The notes below the pieces were generated by a model. It was not told the DNA's origin and made no database searches. It worked only from the letters and a program-made list of their open reading frames with translations. The translations under genes and the position numbers were made by a program. DNA of 54,410 nt from Catajapyx aquilonaris (Eukaryota). Location of the stretch: contig KZ538676.1 in NCBI GenBank assembly GCA_000934665.2, positions 1 to 54,410 of the forward strand. Direction: 5' to 3'. Positions 1 through 11,387 of the stretch are shown piece after piece; the stretch's first letter is position 1; each line of letters begins with the position of its first letter.

Positions 1-647
1 AATTTTGTAAAAATAGCAAAAGGACCATTTTTGTAATAAATACAGTACCATGCATTTCCTCTTCAGCACTGTTAGTCATCCCATCAGACAGTGTCCATTT
101 AGATAACTCTGTTCATGGATCATTCTGGGACTGATTAGGGCCTATATTTGGCCTCATTGCGTACTTTCAAGGCGCACATGCGTTCCTTCAAATGCAATTA
201 TTTTCCTTAAATCAAAAAAGTCCTCCTGAGATTTTTTTCTATGTGAGGGAAATGGTCTGAGCTACAACATTATTTAAAAATCGGATTTTTAAAATAGGCG
301 GATTTTTTTTTAAAAAAAATGAAATTTTGAAAATGGGACAAAATTTTCAAAAAAGTCAAAATGCGAATTTTCTATACTTAGTGAGATTGGGCTCTCGAAT
401 CTCTTCAAAGGGAGCGGTCTACGACGTCTGTAGCTCAATTGGTTCACGAGATATGACCGATTTCTGAAACCCTACCTTCCGAAAATGACGTTTTTTTCGG
501 TGGGCCTATCTCCGGGGAGGGGGGGGTAAATCTCAAAACCGCGCAAATGGTATTTTTGAAAGACGTAATTAAAGCGATTCGCCAATTTTCGTCAAAATCT
601 GACAACCCAAGGGTCAGGGGGCTCGGTGAATTGACATGGAATGACCC
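1..647. mobile_element. Probable right end of a non-autonomous DNA transposon (left end outside window)
   Basis: Ends in ...GAATTGACATGGAATGACCC (rc GGGTCATTCCATGTCAATTC), a GGG-start terminus resembling insect TIR elements; A/T-run-rich MITE-like interior. No partner TIR in the window. Confidence 0.4.
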
Positions 648-849
648 AACTCAAGAAAATCCGATCCTGAAATTGAAACGCGGGACATCAGAGGTGACAC
701 TGTGACACTCGAAACACAACACCACCCTATGGTCCTCACAGAAGTCCGATCCATCTGCCCATACTTAAGCCCAGTTTGTATTTAATAAATATCGGAAAGC
801 TTGCAATTTAACGCAGTGTTCTTGCAGAAAACATTCCTTTTGCATACAT

Positions 850-2260
850 CTCCATATATACCGGTATTCATATGTCTGGCAACACTGTAAGCCTGAAACA
901 GGTCACTGAATTCCGCATGCTAGTTTTTGCCATATTGTATGTTTCACAATAACACATGCTTGATTGAAAGCTCGGTTCGCTCACCAGACATGTTATACCT
1001 GTCTCCAGAGTGTGCAATTTAGGGAATTCTCTTTTTTTGCGAGTAGAGAATGCATTGCCGGAAGCTGCAGTCACTTTTGCAGCAATATCTGGACCGAAAG
1101 TTGATGGTCCAGCAGGGCTGCCCAGCCCTTTTTTAAATATGAAAACAGCCAGTCCCAATCCAGTGTTCGTCAACAGAGGAGGCAAAAAAAGCCCGAAAAA
1201 ACGATTGTATTGAACGTAACAGACGGACCCGCTCTTTATTTTGTTCCCATATATAACCTCTCCCTCAAATGCCCTCAACGAGTCCATCCCTGGAGCCAAA
1301 AGCGGTACATTCATCAATTATTGGGAATATGGATACATGCATAAGCCAAGCTCGAGTTATGTAGAGAGAAGCCTGGCTGCTGCTACCCACCCACATACGA
1401 TATATACCTTTTCAAACCAGTCTTCGGATCTTTCCATTGACCCAATCGGATCACAGCGATTCATTATGGGGCCTACATCCACGGATGGGAGCCCCGGAGC
1501 CATTCTATTTCCTCCCATTTACCATTCATTTCGACTCACTGGAAGAATTTGAAATTGCCGTCTTTAATTTTTTTATTTTAGTTTTTGAAAGTATAACTAG
1601 CCCTCTACCATTTCCTTTTTGCACGTTATGACCGTAATGATTACTAAAGTACACGGTGATGTACAATAATAGCCAACTATGGAAATATCTCTGTCAGTGA
1701 ACTTGCAGCATACGTATCGGCATATCCGGGGAAGTAATGATTTGAGGGCAAAAAGTATGGTGGAAACAAAAGTGGATCTTGGCTTTGTCAGGATATGCAA
1801 GGCAGACGGGTTCGAAATGAAAGGCAGGCATGGATATATCTAGAGGCACTGAGTTGACAGGATCCGATTGGCGGCTGCTGGAGGAGGCAGGGCGAAAGGA
1901 TAAGGGAAAACCGGGGAGGAGGTGGGTTGGAGAGCTATATCTGTTCCGGAAAAGGATGAGGATGAATCCGGGTTTGAGCCTGCAAGTCGTGCCCGGTCCT
2001 GAGCTAAAAAGAAGCCCTTTCCTGAGACTCCCAGGAGCGCTTTTCGCAACGCTCTTAACCCTGCGGCGGATCCAAGCTGACTCAGTCTCATCCGGCTCCC
2101 AAAGGATTCCCCGACTCTGGGCGACGGCCAATCAGGGTCGTCCGGACATGACTTATTTATAATATAACCCAATGTTTCCAACAGATTTTCACCCAGGTCT
2201 TTGCAAGTGCTGCACAAAATGACACCAAGGATGGTTTTTACAATCTATAGGCCTCCTATT
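850..2260. pseudogene. Decayed coding-like segment of unknown origin (candidate endogenous viral element)
   Basis: Dense overlapping ORFs on both strands (868-1317, 1010-1552 with two in-frame stops, 1694-2217); less AT-rich than flanks; no TE motif recognised. Confidence 0.25.
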
Positions 2261-2559
2261 TTCATTTTTAGTAAAGGTTGTTCGCATGATCAGTGCATGT
2301 AGAGGTGAACTTATAATATTATAAATCATGTATATCTGAAAATTGATAGGTGGGTGACAACACCTATTCTAAGCAAAATCTCAAAGTTCCCTCAAATTCC
2401 GAGCGCCGCTTCAGCCTCCATTTTGGAAAAATTGCTCCCGAAAACTAACTATTAAGTAAAGCAATTTTTTCTTCACAATTACAGCCCGGACGGACGGCTT
2501 TGCATGTTCAGAATGCCGTAAAGGTGAGTTAGAGATTATTTTAAGAGCATGCTTTAGTC

Positions 2560-2672
2560 CAAATATGTCGCAGGCCGTTGCTGAGTTAATGGTCTTCAAA
2601 CACCAGGTACGTAAAAATATATCCTGGCAGGTATGCGTCCCTCCGCGCGACCATCCCTATTTCATTTAGATT
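2560..2672 (-). repeat. Fragment related to the interior of the MITE at 23089-23525
   Basis: rc reads AAATGAAATAGGGATGGTCGCGCGGAGGGACGCATACCTGCCAGGATAT versus AAATGAAAAAGGTAAGGTCGCGTGGAGGGACGCATACGTACCAGGATAT at about 23341. Confidence 0.6.
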
Positions 2673-2818
2673 TTAGATCAACATGATTATTAATGTATCC
2701 ATTATAATAGCATAAATTTGATCCAAGACATGGAAAGGAGTTTCTGGTTAACTTTCCTCTATTGAGAAGTTGGCTTGAAAGCCCGAAGAACATTTCCGTA
2801 TATAAGTTATAGAGATTT

Positions 2819-3171
2819 GGGGAGGCGGAGTAGTGATGCGGTAACGTATGCGCCCACGGATGTTAAGGTCCCGGGTTCGATCCCAACCCGGGGACACCCC
2901 CTTCATCTCGTGCAAAGTTCAGGGTCACCTCTGACTTCGTCTCGGGTGGTATTTCCACAGACTAAACCACCCGGGGGAGTTCACTAAAAATGGCCACAGC
3001 GTCAGATGCACTGCACCTTGCACATCCCCTCCTGTCATCCTGCCCGTGGGCCCGGGTGCTTCAACTATAATAGGTTCCAATATTGTATAATAGTTCAAAA
3101 TAAAGGTCTGTGTGATATACCCCCATTTGGGGGTGAAAGCACTATCCCAAGATTATTATTATTATTTATTA
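2819..3171 (+). mobile_element. tRNA-derived SINE, family 1, full length
   Basis: A-box-like TAGTGATGCGG, B box GGTTCGATCCC, (TTA)n tail, 12-bp TSD TTATAGAGATTT at 2807-2818 and 3172-3183; four more copies in the window. Confidence 0.92.
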
Positions 3172-3248
3172 TTATAGAGATTTAAGCGTGAATAATAATT
3201 GCTCGAGCTTTTAAGAGGGGATAAGCGAACATGCTTCATTCTGTCACA

Positions 3249-3583
3249 AGTAGTATGAAAAGTCGGAGTCCCATACTTTTGGTATGGTAACCACATCGGA
3301 GTCCCATACTTTTGGAATCAAAGACTTTATTTCGGGCCTATAGAGTCCCTAACGTTATTTTCAACAAAATTGAAGTTAATTTCAACGTTTAGCTATCGTC
3401 TCAACGGAACAATAGACGTCGCAGATCAAAGTAGATTTGACTTTGAAATTAACATCATTGTCGTTGAAAATAACGTTAGGGGGCTCTATAGGCCGCTCGG
3501 AATAAAGTCTTTTATTCCAAAAGTATGCGACTCCGATGTGGTTACCATGCCAAAATTATGGGACTTCGACTTTCCATACTACT
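3249..3583. mobile_element. Miniature TIR element with Polinton/Maverick-like termini
   Basis: About 135-bp imperfect TIRs starting AGTAGTATG and ending CATACTACT; flanked by 6-bp direct repeat GTCACA (3243-3248, 3584-3589). The element itself is clear; the Polinton assignment is inference. Confidence 0.8.
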
Positions 3584-3913
3584 GTCACATTTATGCAAGG
3601 TGTTTTGAAAATAAGAAACCAACGGTAGCGGATGCCATTCTGAATAAAAAATTACATTTCATAGAAAACGATGCGGCTGAAACACTACAGCCCTGAAAAA
3701 TTTGGGCCGAGAGTTCTAACAATTTTGGTAAGCGGTGATTTGTCCAAAAGCGATGTGCAGTAAGCACTGAGAAATGCTTCACTAGCCCTGTTTGACAAGA
3801 AGTGCGGCAAGTTGGAACACGAGGCAAGTCGGAACGGCGTGGATATCTCGGTTTAAAAATGGTCGCCAGCCGCCAAGTTGGTATGACATGATGCCCCAGA
3901 TCTTCATACAATA

Positions 3914-4250
3914 ATTAAATAATAATTCTTGGGTAGTGCCTGACCTATATAGGGTATGCGGCACGGACCTTTATTGTAACTTGTAGTACATAGACCATAC
4001 TTTTGAAATGCCCGGGCCCACGGGCAGGATGACAGGAGGGGATGTGCAAGGTGCAGTGTAATGTCTTAAACGTGGCCATTTTTAGTGTACTGCCCCGGGT
4101 GGTTTAGTCTGTTGGAAATACCACCCGAGATGAAGCCAGAGGTGACCCGAACTCTGCACGAGATGAAGGGGGTGTTCCCGGGCTGGGATCGATCCCGGGA
4201 CCTTAACATCCGTGGGCGCATACGTTACCGCAGCACCACTCCGCCTCCCC
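3914..4250 (-). mobile_element. tRNA-derived SINE, family 1, full length
   Basis: Reverse complement closely matches 2819-3171 from the GGGGAGGCGGAG head to the tail; degenerate TSD AGATCTTCATACAATA / AGATTTTCCTACAATA. Confidence 0.9.
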
Positions 4251-5619
4251 TAGATTTTCCTACAATAGTTTCAGTAAGAATGGGGGATTTTAATGTTATT
4301 CTTCTGAGAGGGAGCATGATTTGTCAGCCTTGGGTTTTCATTGTTTAAGGAACATTTAGGAAGAGAGGAACATTTAGTAGCAATGAAAAAAGAGTTAAAA
4401 TTTTTGTTAGAGTTCTTGATACCATCGAGGCTTTGTTGCGTGATTGTAGTCTTAAGACTTAATCCAACATTGGTCAGGATTCGAACTTTCCCTGTGTGGT
4501 GCAAGTTGGACCAGCTACAATGAATAATTTATTATCTTTGGATTTAAACGTGGAATAGCGAATATTTCCTGGCATCGCCCCACTTTGAACATCACTATCG
4601 ACTTTGTATATTTAAGATTTCCTCTACAGCATGCTTAATTTTTCTTCTCGGATGCATTCAATATAAGTAGTGCTGTTTAACTGTTAATTACTTCACCGCA
4701 GCAAGAGTGCGTATAGCGAAATCTTAATTAAGGCCCCTGCAATGCGCTCTTTAAGTATTGCCTGCTCAGCATGGAGCGATTTTGTATAATCATTAGTATG
4801 TTTCCGTAACTCTTGTGGTATGTGCAAAGCTATGACACACTATATTATTCAGTGATGTCACGCACAGTAAATATGCATTTTGCAACGCAAAAAAGCGTCT
4901 GTTGTTTAGCTATATCTATTATCAGACCTACTGTACATTTTTAAAATTAAAATATTCGTATTACCCCTAAACAAGATCTTAAAAAGGAAGTAACTTTTTG
5001 AGAAGCTAACTTCTATAGGGTATCTTTTTATCAACTGTAGCTGATGGCTTGCAGTCACTTCGCAGCTATGTGTTTACCTTTAGGTTTTTATTATTGATAT
5101 AGAAATTACCGCTATGCCATTTGAAGCGCATATAGCCAGTTTACAGTGCCTAGAAACTTATTTTATTGCCTAATGGATTCATCGCCTCGTGAGAACGTGG
5201 CTTACGTGCTGAAACTTCTGGTCCTGTCTCCTTAGACACCACCCCTCTCCATTTCATGTTCAAATCTTTCGTCTTGGGGTACTTGTGTCCCAAACAAACT
5301 GTCCTACACCCCTATACTGACCAATATTGTAGCATTGTTAACAAACAAGTTTTTTCTCTTCCAAGAAACAAACAGTTGATACTCATATCAGTACTATCCA
5401 TCACTTTTTGCCCATGGCGCCGTTCCGAAAGCTTGTTCTATTGGACGGACATGCTCAAAGTCACTGTAGGCCTGTGTTACATGTATACCCAAAATATATT
5501 GAGGAAACAAGCCTTGTGATTCCATAACGTCACAATCTGAAAAATATGGCATGACGTTGAGTTTTATTTATCCCCCAGGCAGCATGCAAAGTAAGTAGTG
5601 AATGGGTGCATGAATCTGG

Positions 5620-5860
5620 ACTACCCCCTCCCCTCTCCCCTTCCCCCTCTCTCTCCACCCCCTTGACGCCCCCACCCCATCCCACTATATATAGCGTATA
5701 TATCTCTCTTCTCTCCACATCGCCTGCGCCTCCCCCTGCCCCCGCTCTCCCCACCCCATCCTCGAAACCTCCCAACGACGCCCTGCGCCAGTTGGGCGGC
5801 CGACGACGCCGACGACGCTCCCTCCTAACGACGTCCTTGCCGCCACGGGTCTGCCAGCGC
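5620..5860 (+). promoter_or_regulatory. Candidate Pol II core promoter
   Basis: C/T-rich and CpG-rich island, TATATATAG near 5686, Inr-like CCAGTT at about 5788, CGACG repeats downstream, followed by a UTR-like stretch and a splice donor at 6096. Confidence 0.4.
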
Positions 5861-5997
5861 AACATTATTTTTGACCACTTGAACCCCTGAAAAAAAAGAA
5901 AAAAAAACTGACGACCTAAAAATGACCTGAGGATTGCTGTTGTGACCTCTGTCGGTGTTTTTGTGAAACAGTGGAGTGCGAACCATGGTTTTCGTCA

Positions 5998-6095
5998 ATG
6001 GTTAGTGCGGGTCAGGGGCAGTGCATTGTCCTGGGGGGTTTTTCGGGAACGTTTTTTCTGCAAAGTGGACTGTTTTTCGGTCAGGATGCTGCGAG
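5998..6095 (+). CDS. Candidate short first coding exon of an unidentified gene (MVSAGQGQCIVLGGFSGTFFLQSGLFFGQDAA, phase 2; alternative ATG at 6086, MLR, phase 1)
   Basis: Frame open from ATG 5998 into a consensus donor GAG|GTAAGG; lies downstream of promoter-like DNA. No downstream exon identified and no homology recognised. Confidence 0.3.
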
Positions 6096-7237
6096 GTAAG
6101 GAAATTTTGCACTGTCATAAAAAAGTAGTTTTCAAATAGGGTGGGCCGAGTTGGGAGCCGAAAAAGCAGAGTTTCGGCTAGATAGATCGATAAGGTGTGG
6201 TTGAACCCTCTCGTAGTTACGGGTTAGTGATTATATTGGAAACCGAAATGAACATATCGGTGACATCCAGAGGAGCAGAAAGTGTCACAAATGTGACAGA
6301 TGTACATTTCCCACATCAAACGTGTGTGTGCGTGTGTTTTGCATTGGACGGCTCCATACAAAAATATGCCGAGTTACAAGCACGCCCGCCGTGTTTTAAG
6401 ACTAATAAAACGCCTCTACCGGCTATTGCAGCTTTATACACGTTGTTAAAGGAGTACCTTACGATGACCTCTCACGAAAACAATGCAACTCTAATATAAA
6501 GCTCTAATTATATTAAGGACTGTTTTAACACAAAGTTACGAATTTTGTAAGGAACCAGTGCTCAGCTCTAATATTATTAGTATTACCATGGTGCGGTCTA
6601 CTATTATGTAATATTTTTTATAATACTTTTGCCTTGGTAGCACTTATGCCCTGTAAAAATTTCCCTATAAGCATAAATATTTCATTTTGTTATTGTTAGA
6701 ATGTGGTTTCTATACTGTATAGATTTTAAAATGTCATATTGTGTAGGACTGCATGTTAATAGCCAATTTACCGAATAATTCCCAGGAAAAAATGTCAAAT
6801 TTACTTCACGTTGACCAGAATCAGTCCGCGAGTTTTTTGGGGACAAAATCGGTCCCATGTACAAATTTACAGCGAGTTACCAATAATTTCATGAGCCCTA
6901 ACAATGCGCACAGGTGGGATTCCCTTGACATTTCAATCCTGCTGCACACTATATTTCACATCATTACTTGCACATAGCAATGCAAGCATGCTCAGAATTT
7001 TTTTCCCTGACAGCACAGTAATGAAATCGCAGTGTGCGGTACCTTTTTTCATCCACGTTCCATTGGCTCTCTCTCGGGAAGCTCGCAAACAAGACTCGCA
7101 TACTCCTGATTGACGAAAAAAAGTCCTGGCGAAGTAGTCTCTTTCTATGCTTTTTTGGAGCCAGATGAGCGGGCAGAGACTTGTGACTCTTGAGACATTC
7201 CGAAAAAGTGTGTCGCAATGATATCTTCTTTTATTAA

Positions 7238-7272
7238 GGAGGAGGAGGAGGAGGAGGAGGAGGAGGAGGAGG
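7238..7272. repeat. (GGA)n microsatellite
   Basis: Directly visible. Confidence 0.98.
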
Positions 7273-7689
7273 TAGTCGAGTTTTTTCTGTGAATAAGTTA
7301 GGGGAAATTATGCTGGGGCGAGAATCTCCAGTTTTGGGGAAGATTCTCTGGCCAAATGCATCTGACAAACCGCCAAGTAAGTTATAGGAGGAATTGCGAA
7401 AAACTTGTAGAGCGTCATTTTTTGCGGAATTTTGGCCCAAAATCCCGGGGTCGATTTTCCAGCTTTCCCTAACCTAACTTAGTCTAATTAGTTGGCACTC
7501 CACGCGTAACTTGCTCCATATTAAATAATATCGCCCCCCTTAGAGGTGAGGATGTTGTTTCATTTCTGATTCCGTCGTTAAATTTAATTTTGGTTTCTCC
7601 ACTCCTCTTGCCAACTTCCCTTTTAAGGCCCACTGTTTTTTTCTATTTTCTGACCAAGTTTATGCTCACTTTGGAGTCGCCCTCAAATA

Positions 7690-8320
7690 AGGTTGTAATT
7701 AGAGTAGAACAAATGTTGCAGTAAATGAACAGTTGGGAATTGGTCGTAAGTCAAGTGTTGGGGAGCTGTAAGATGCTAAGTGCGAGGCATTTAAGTTGGT
7801 AGCGACGTTTAGTAGAAGGTCGTAAAGAGGTCCTGATGTAACCTTAGGGTAGTAAGACATTGCTACCGCCAAATTTTCCTGCAGCGCATTAACTCGTGGA
7901 GTGTAAATCAGTGTCGCGCCAAAACTTGGTGTCTCTTTATCCCTAAGGTGCACTACACTCTCCAAGTCTTCAATAAATGAGCCGTACCAACTGGTCCGTA
8001 ATCCCTCCAAAAATGAGTAGAAAATCGAATAGGCTGGTAGACATGGAGGAAAAAAAGGTCCGCAATTCTGTGCGCAGTTCCAAGGGAAACATTTACACTG
8101 ATTCAATTCCAAATGGAAATCGCGAAATGCGGAGTACTGTATCAGCACGATACGAGCTCTCGCCGAGGACCTACTTCACGTAATGGAAATCACCTAAGTG
8201 GAATTCTGATACCAAAAGCGCATACTAAGGTGCGAAATCTGCGCCAGATTGCCAATGTTAAGGAGGGCCTTTCACAACTGACCGCTTCTGATTGTGACCT
8301 AATAATTGAGACACTATTCT
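7690..8320 (-). pseudogene. Decayed coding-like segment of unknown origin
   Basis: 149-codon minus-strand ORF 7699-8148 plus an overlapping frame reading PLELRTELRTFFSSMSTSLFDFLLIFGG; no motif recognised. Confidence 0.2.
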
Positions 8321-8323
8321 AGT

Positions 8324-8950
8324 ACGCTCTAATGGGGATCAAATGAGCCCTTTTTAGCTTTCGCTCAAGGGTTTGCCTTCAGGTTGCCCATATAATATGT
8401 GGCTAACAATTTCAGTTCGACGTGAAATAGACTGGAAGTAGCCTGTAAAAGAGATGAATAGCAGACTGGAATATTGATAGCTTCTGTTACAGTTAAGGAT
8501 ATAGGGTTTAACTGGCGAAAATGGAAATTTTCATTTCAACTTTTTGTGCTGATACGACTACAGGCACAGCATAATTTCTGTATTATTTTATGTCAAACAT
8601 GTGCATTTTCGTACGGCACTTTCAGTTATTCATGCGGAACTTCTTCGGGCAGACGATGGCCCAGACCTTGCTCCGAGGGACGTTCACTTGTTTTCGCCGT
8701 CTCCATAAAATCTTTGGCAGGAGAGTATAAGAGGAGTGACAACGAGCGGAAAGCATATAGGATTGTCGGCGAGAGCTTTGGGTCCAGTTTACAAAAATAT
8801 GGTGTCACGGTTGGAGGAATTTTTCTATCGACATGTTTTTCGTATGTGCTGGTAGCTAATGATATGCGCCACATGTGGCTGTGTTGAATTTTGCAGGAAA
8901 TTCTTTGACGAAAATTTACGGAATGCGGTAATATATGATCAGCCTCCAAA
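8324..8950 (-). mobile_element. Possible piggyBac-like 3' relic
   Basis: TIR-like CGCTCTAATGGGGATCAAATGAGCCC at about 8325; minus-strand peptide fragments AFRSLSL...RPS...HRLP followed by Cys-rich RKCTC/LCCAC, loosely like a piggyBac C-terminus. Weak. Confidence 0.2.
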
Positions 8951-10778
8951 ATTCAAGTAAGCTACAGTGATTTCACAGTTTCCGCACTAGTTGTAACTGC
9001 GTTATTTTCAGCACTTCTAATAGTTTCAATTGATGGTGCGGTAGAATTATATCAGAGGCAGTAAAGGCTAAAATGATTTGTTTTGTTGTTAGAAAGAGTG
9101 TTTTGTGGTGTTGTTAATACGGAAGAGAGGCTTTCATGTTTTTGAAAGTCGCCTTCAGCTTCAGAATGAAAATTCTAAAATTTAATTTAAAATGGCACGA
9201 AAACTGTCATTTAAATGGAAACGTTAAGAGTACGCACATATTTGCCGAGTAACACAGCAGTGGTGATGACATACTGAGAAAAGTCACATTTTAAAACTCA
9301 CCGCTTCAGGTTTTCATTCCTTTTTTTCCTATCCTGTGACTACTAAGACATTTTGGAAAAATCTGTTCCGCTTCTTGCTACCAAAAGAGTTATTACGGCC
9401 AACAAAATCATGAGCCTCCTCTGTTAGTGCAATTATTACTTTCATGGTAAAATAATATACATGAGCTGGAAATAGCCCTTTCCAACCTTTCGAGAACGTA
9501 GACCTATTGATTACGAAGTGGGTAGGCGGACCAGGGAGGGAATAAAATAATAATTATGAATTTTTAGCTTTCTGCGAATGCCACACGTCGTAATTTTGAT
9601 TTAAAAGGGTTTTGTCGTTTATATATATTATTAAGTAATTGCTCTTTAAAATTTCATTTACTCATGTTTTTCGACATACAGAATATTCGGTAGTTTGAGA
9701 GATATAAGCATGATTAGATAGTTAAACAGAGACGTTAATTCCCTGATGAACCCCTCTTGACACGTGTACGTCAAGTTTATATAACTTACATATTGTATAA
9801 ATAGTCTATACATAGCTGTCTACATTCCTACTGGCCACTGTCATTCGTATCTTATATTTGACTGGAAGATTGCGAGACTGTCACACTTTCCTTTTGTTAA
9901 TTATTGTATCGCTTTTCTTTTTACCAGTCAGATAAAATATCTGAAGGCAGTGGCGGCGGGTCATGAAGCGGCACCGACACGGACGGCCCCGTGTTTCATC
10001 CGACACTCGCTCGTCTCAAAAGACACAAAGGATCCGCTGTGGGAAAAGTTGAGCTAACATCTCCCCAATCACTTTCCTTCTATCTCCCTCCCTCCCTCTC
10101 TACCTTCCCTCCCCCATTCCTTCCAAAGCCATCCCCCCTTCCTCTCTTCCATCACAAATCCCTGGAAATTTAATTAGGAGGGAAAAGGCTCCGATTTGCG
10201 GTTGCGGTAAAACTTGGGAGGTGGGGAGGATATTAGCCCATCCACTTAGGACATCTTAGGGAGTTAGCTGCCGCTTAGACAACTTGGAGATAGATTGATT
10301 GTGTAATCCGACAGATGGCTGTACGCGGAGTCTAGTGCGGCGATTAATTACCTATATAATGACCACTCAAATTGTACATCTCTAGGTGATGGTGATTAAA
10401 ACGGTTATAAGCTGGAGTTCGGTGGTCTGCTCTACGGTTCGCTTGTTATGAGTAATGGCAGCCTGTTTTATGTCTACTTAGGGAAGTCGACAGAACTAGA
10501 TATTATAGCCCAGCTGCTCAGGAACGAAATAATACTCTTTTTGACAAGTCTTTTGGTGTTACAGTTAATGCCCAAAATTCGCGTAATAAAAGGCAACTGT
10601 CACGCCAAAAGATATTAATCTGCAGTGTATAACACTTGGCTATGAGTAAGACCAGTATGAGGATACTGCACGAATAACTATTAACTCAATAAATACTCCT
10701 CAACATGCAACTGATAAATAATTATTCCGTTGTATTTAGTCACAACTTAACTGGGGTAATTTCAAAAAACCGGTATTA

Positions 10779-11387
10779 CAGTGGTGCCTCGTACTTCGAA
10801 CTTAATTCGTTCCAGGAGGCCGTTCGAACTCTGACTTGTTCGAACTACGAATCAATTTTCTCCATAAGATATGATGGAAACTGAATTAATCCGTTCCCAT
10901 ACCATAAGCAACACCCATTTTGACAGTTACACAGCAAATACACATAATTTAAGGCAAACATTACATGATTAAATTCCCTAAATAATATATTAAAACATGA
11001 AAACAATAAATAAAATACGTAAACACTGTAGAATAAAATGAAGATTGCATTTACTGCAGCAGTGAGGGTGGTGGTGAGAAAATAATGTGGAGAGGAAGAG
11101 AAAGGTTACTGTTTGGAAGGGGAATCACCTTTCATTAAATATCTAATCAAACACACCAAAAATAAAACGATAAAATCACTGAAAACACACGAGCGTAACG
11201 CAAAAGATTCTTTCACAGCGAGAGCGAGAGAAAACTTGAGCGCAAAACATATGGTATTTAAATTTACTGTGCGTACAGTTCGAACTTAGAAGCATCATTC
11301 GAACTCCTGATCAAATTTCTCTCGAATTTAGCGTTCGAACTGTGAAACGTTTGAAGTAAGGGGCGTTCGATGTACGAGGTTCTACTA
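10779..11387. mobile_element. pogo/Tigger-type MITE
   Basis: TA + CAGTGGTGCCTCGTACTTCGAAC ... GTTCGATGTACGAGGTTCTACTA + TA; repeated subterminal TTCGAAC motifs at both ends. Confidence 0.85.

Noticed and set aside
2819..2900. tRNA gene
   Set aside because: A/B boxes continue into a repeated body with tail and TSD, so this is a SINE head; the same applies at 13052 and 18643.
3111..3143. Hammerhead ribozyme (TGATA-stem-GAAA)
   Set aside because: Lacks the CUGANGA core, and GAAA is not conserved in other SINE copies.
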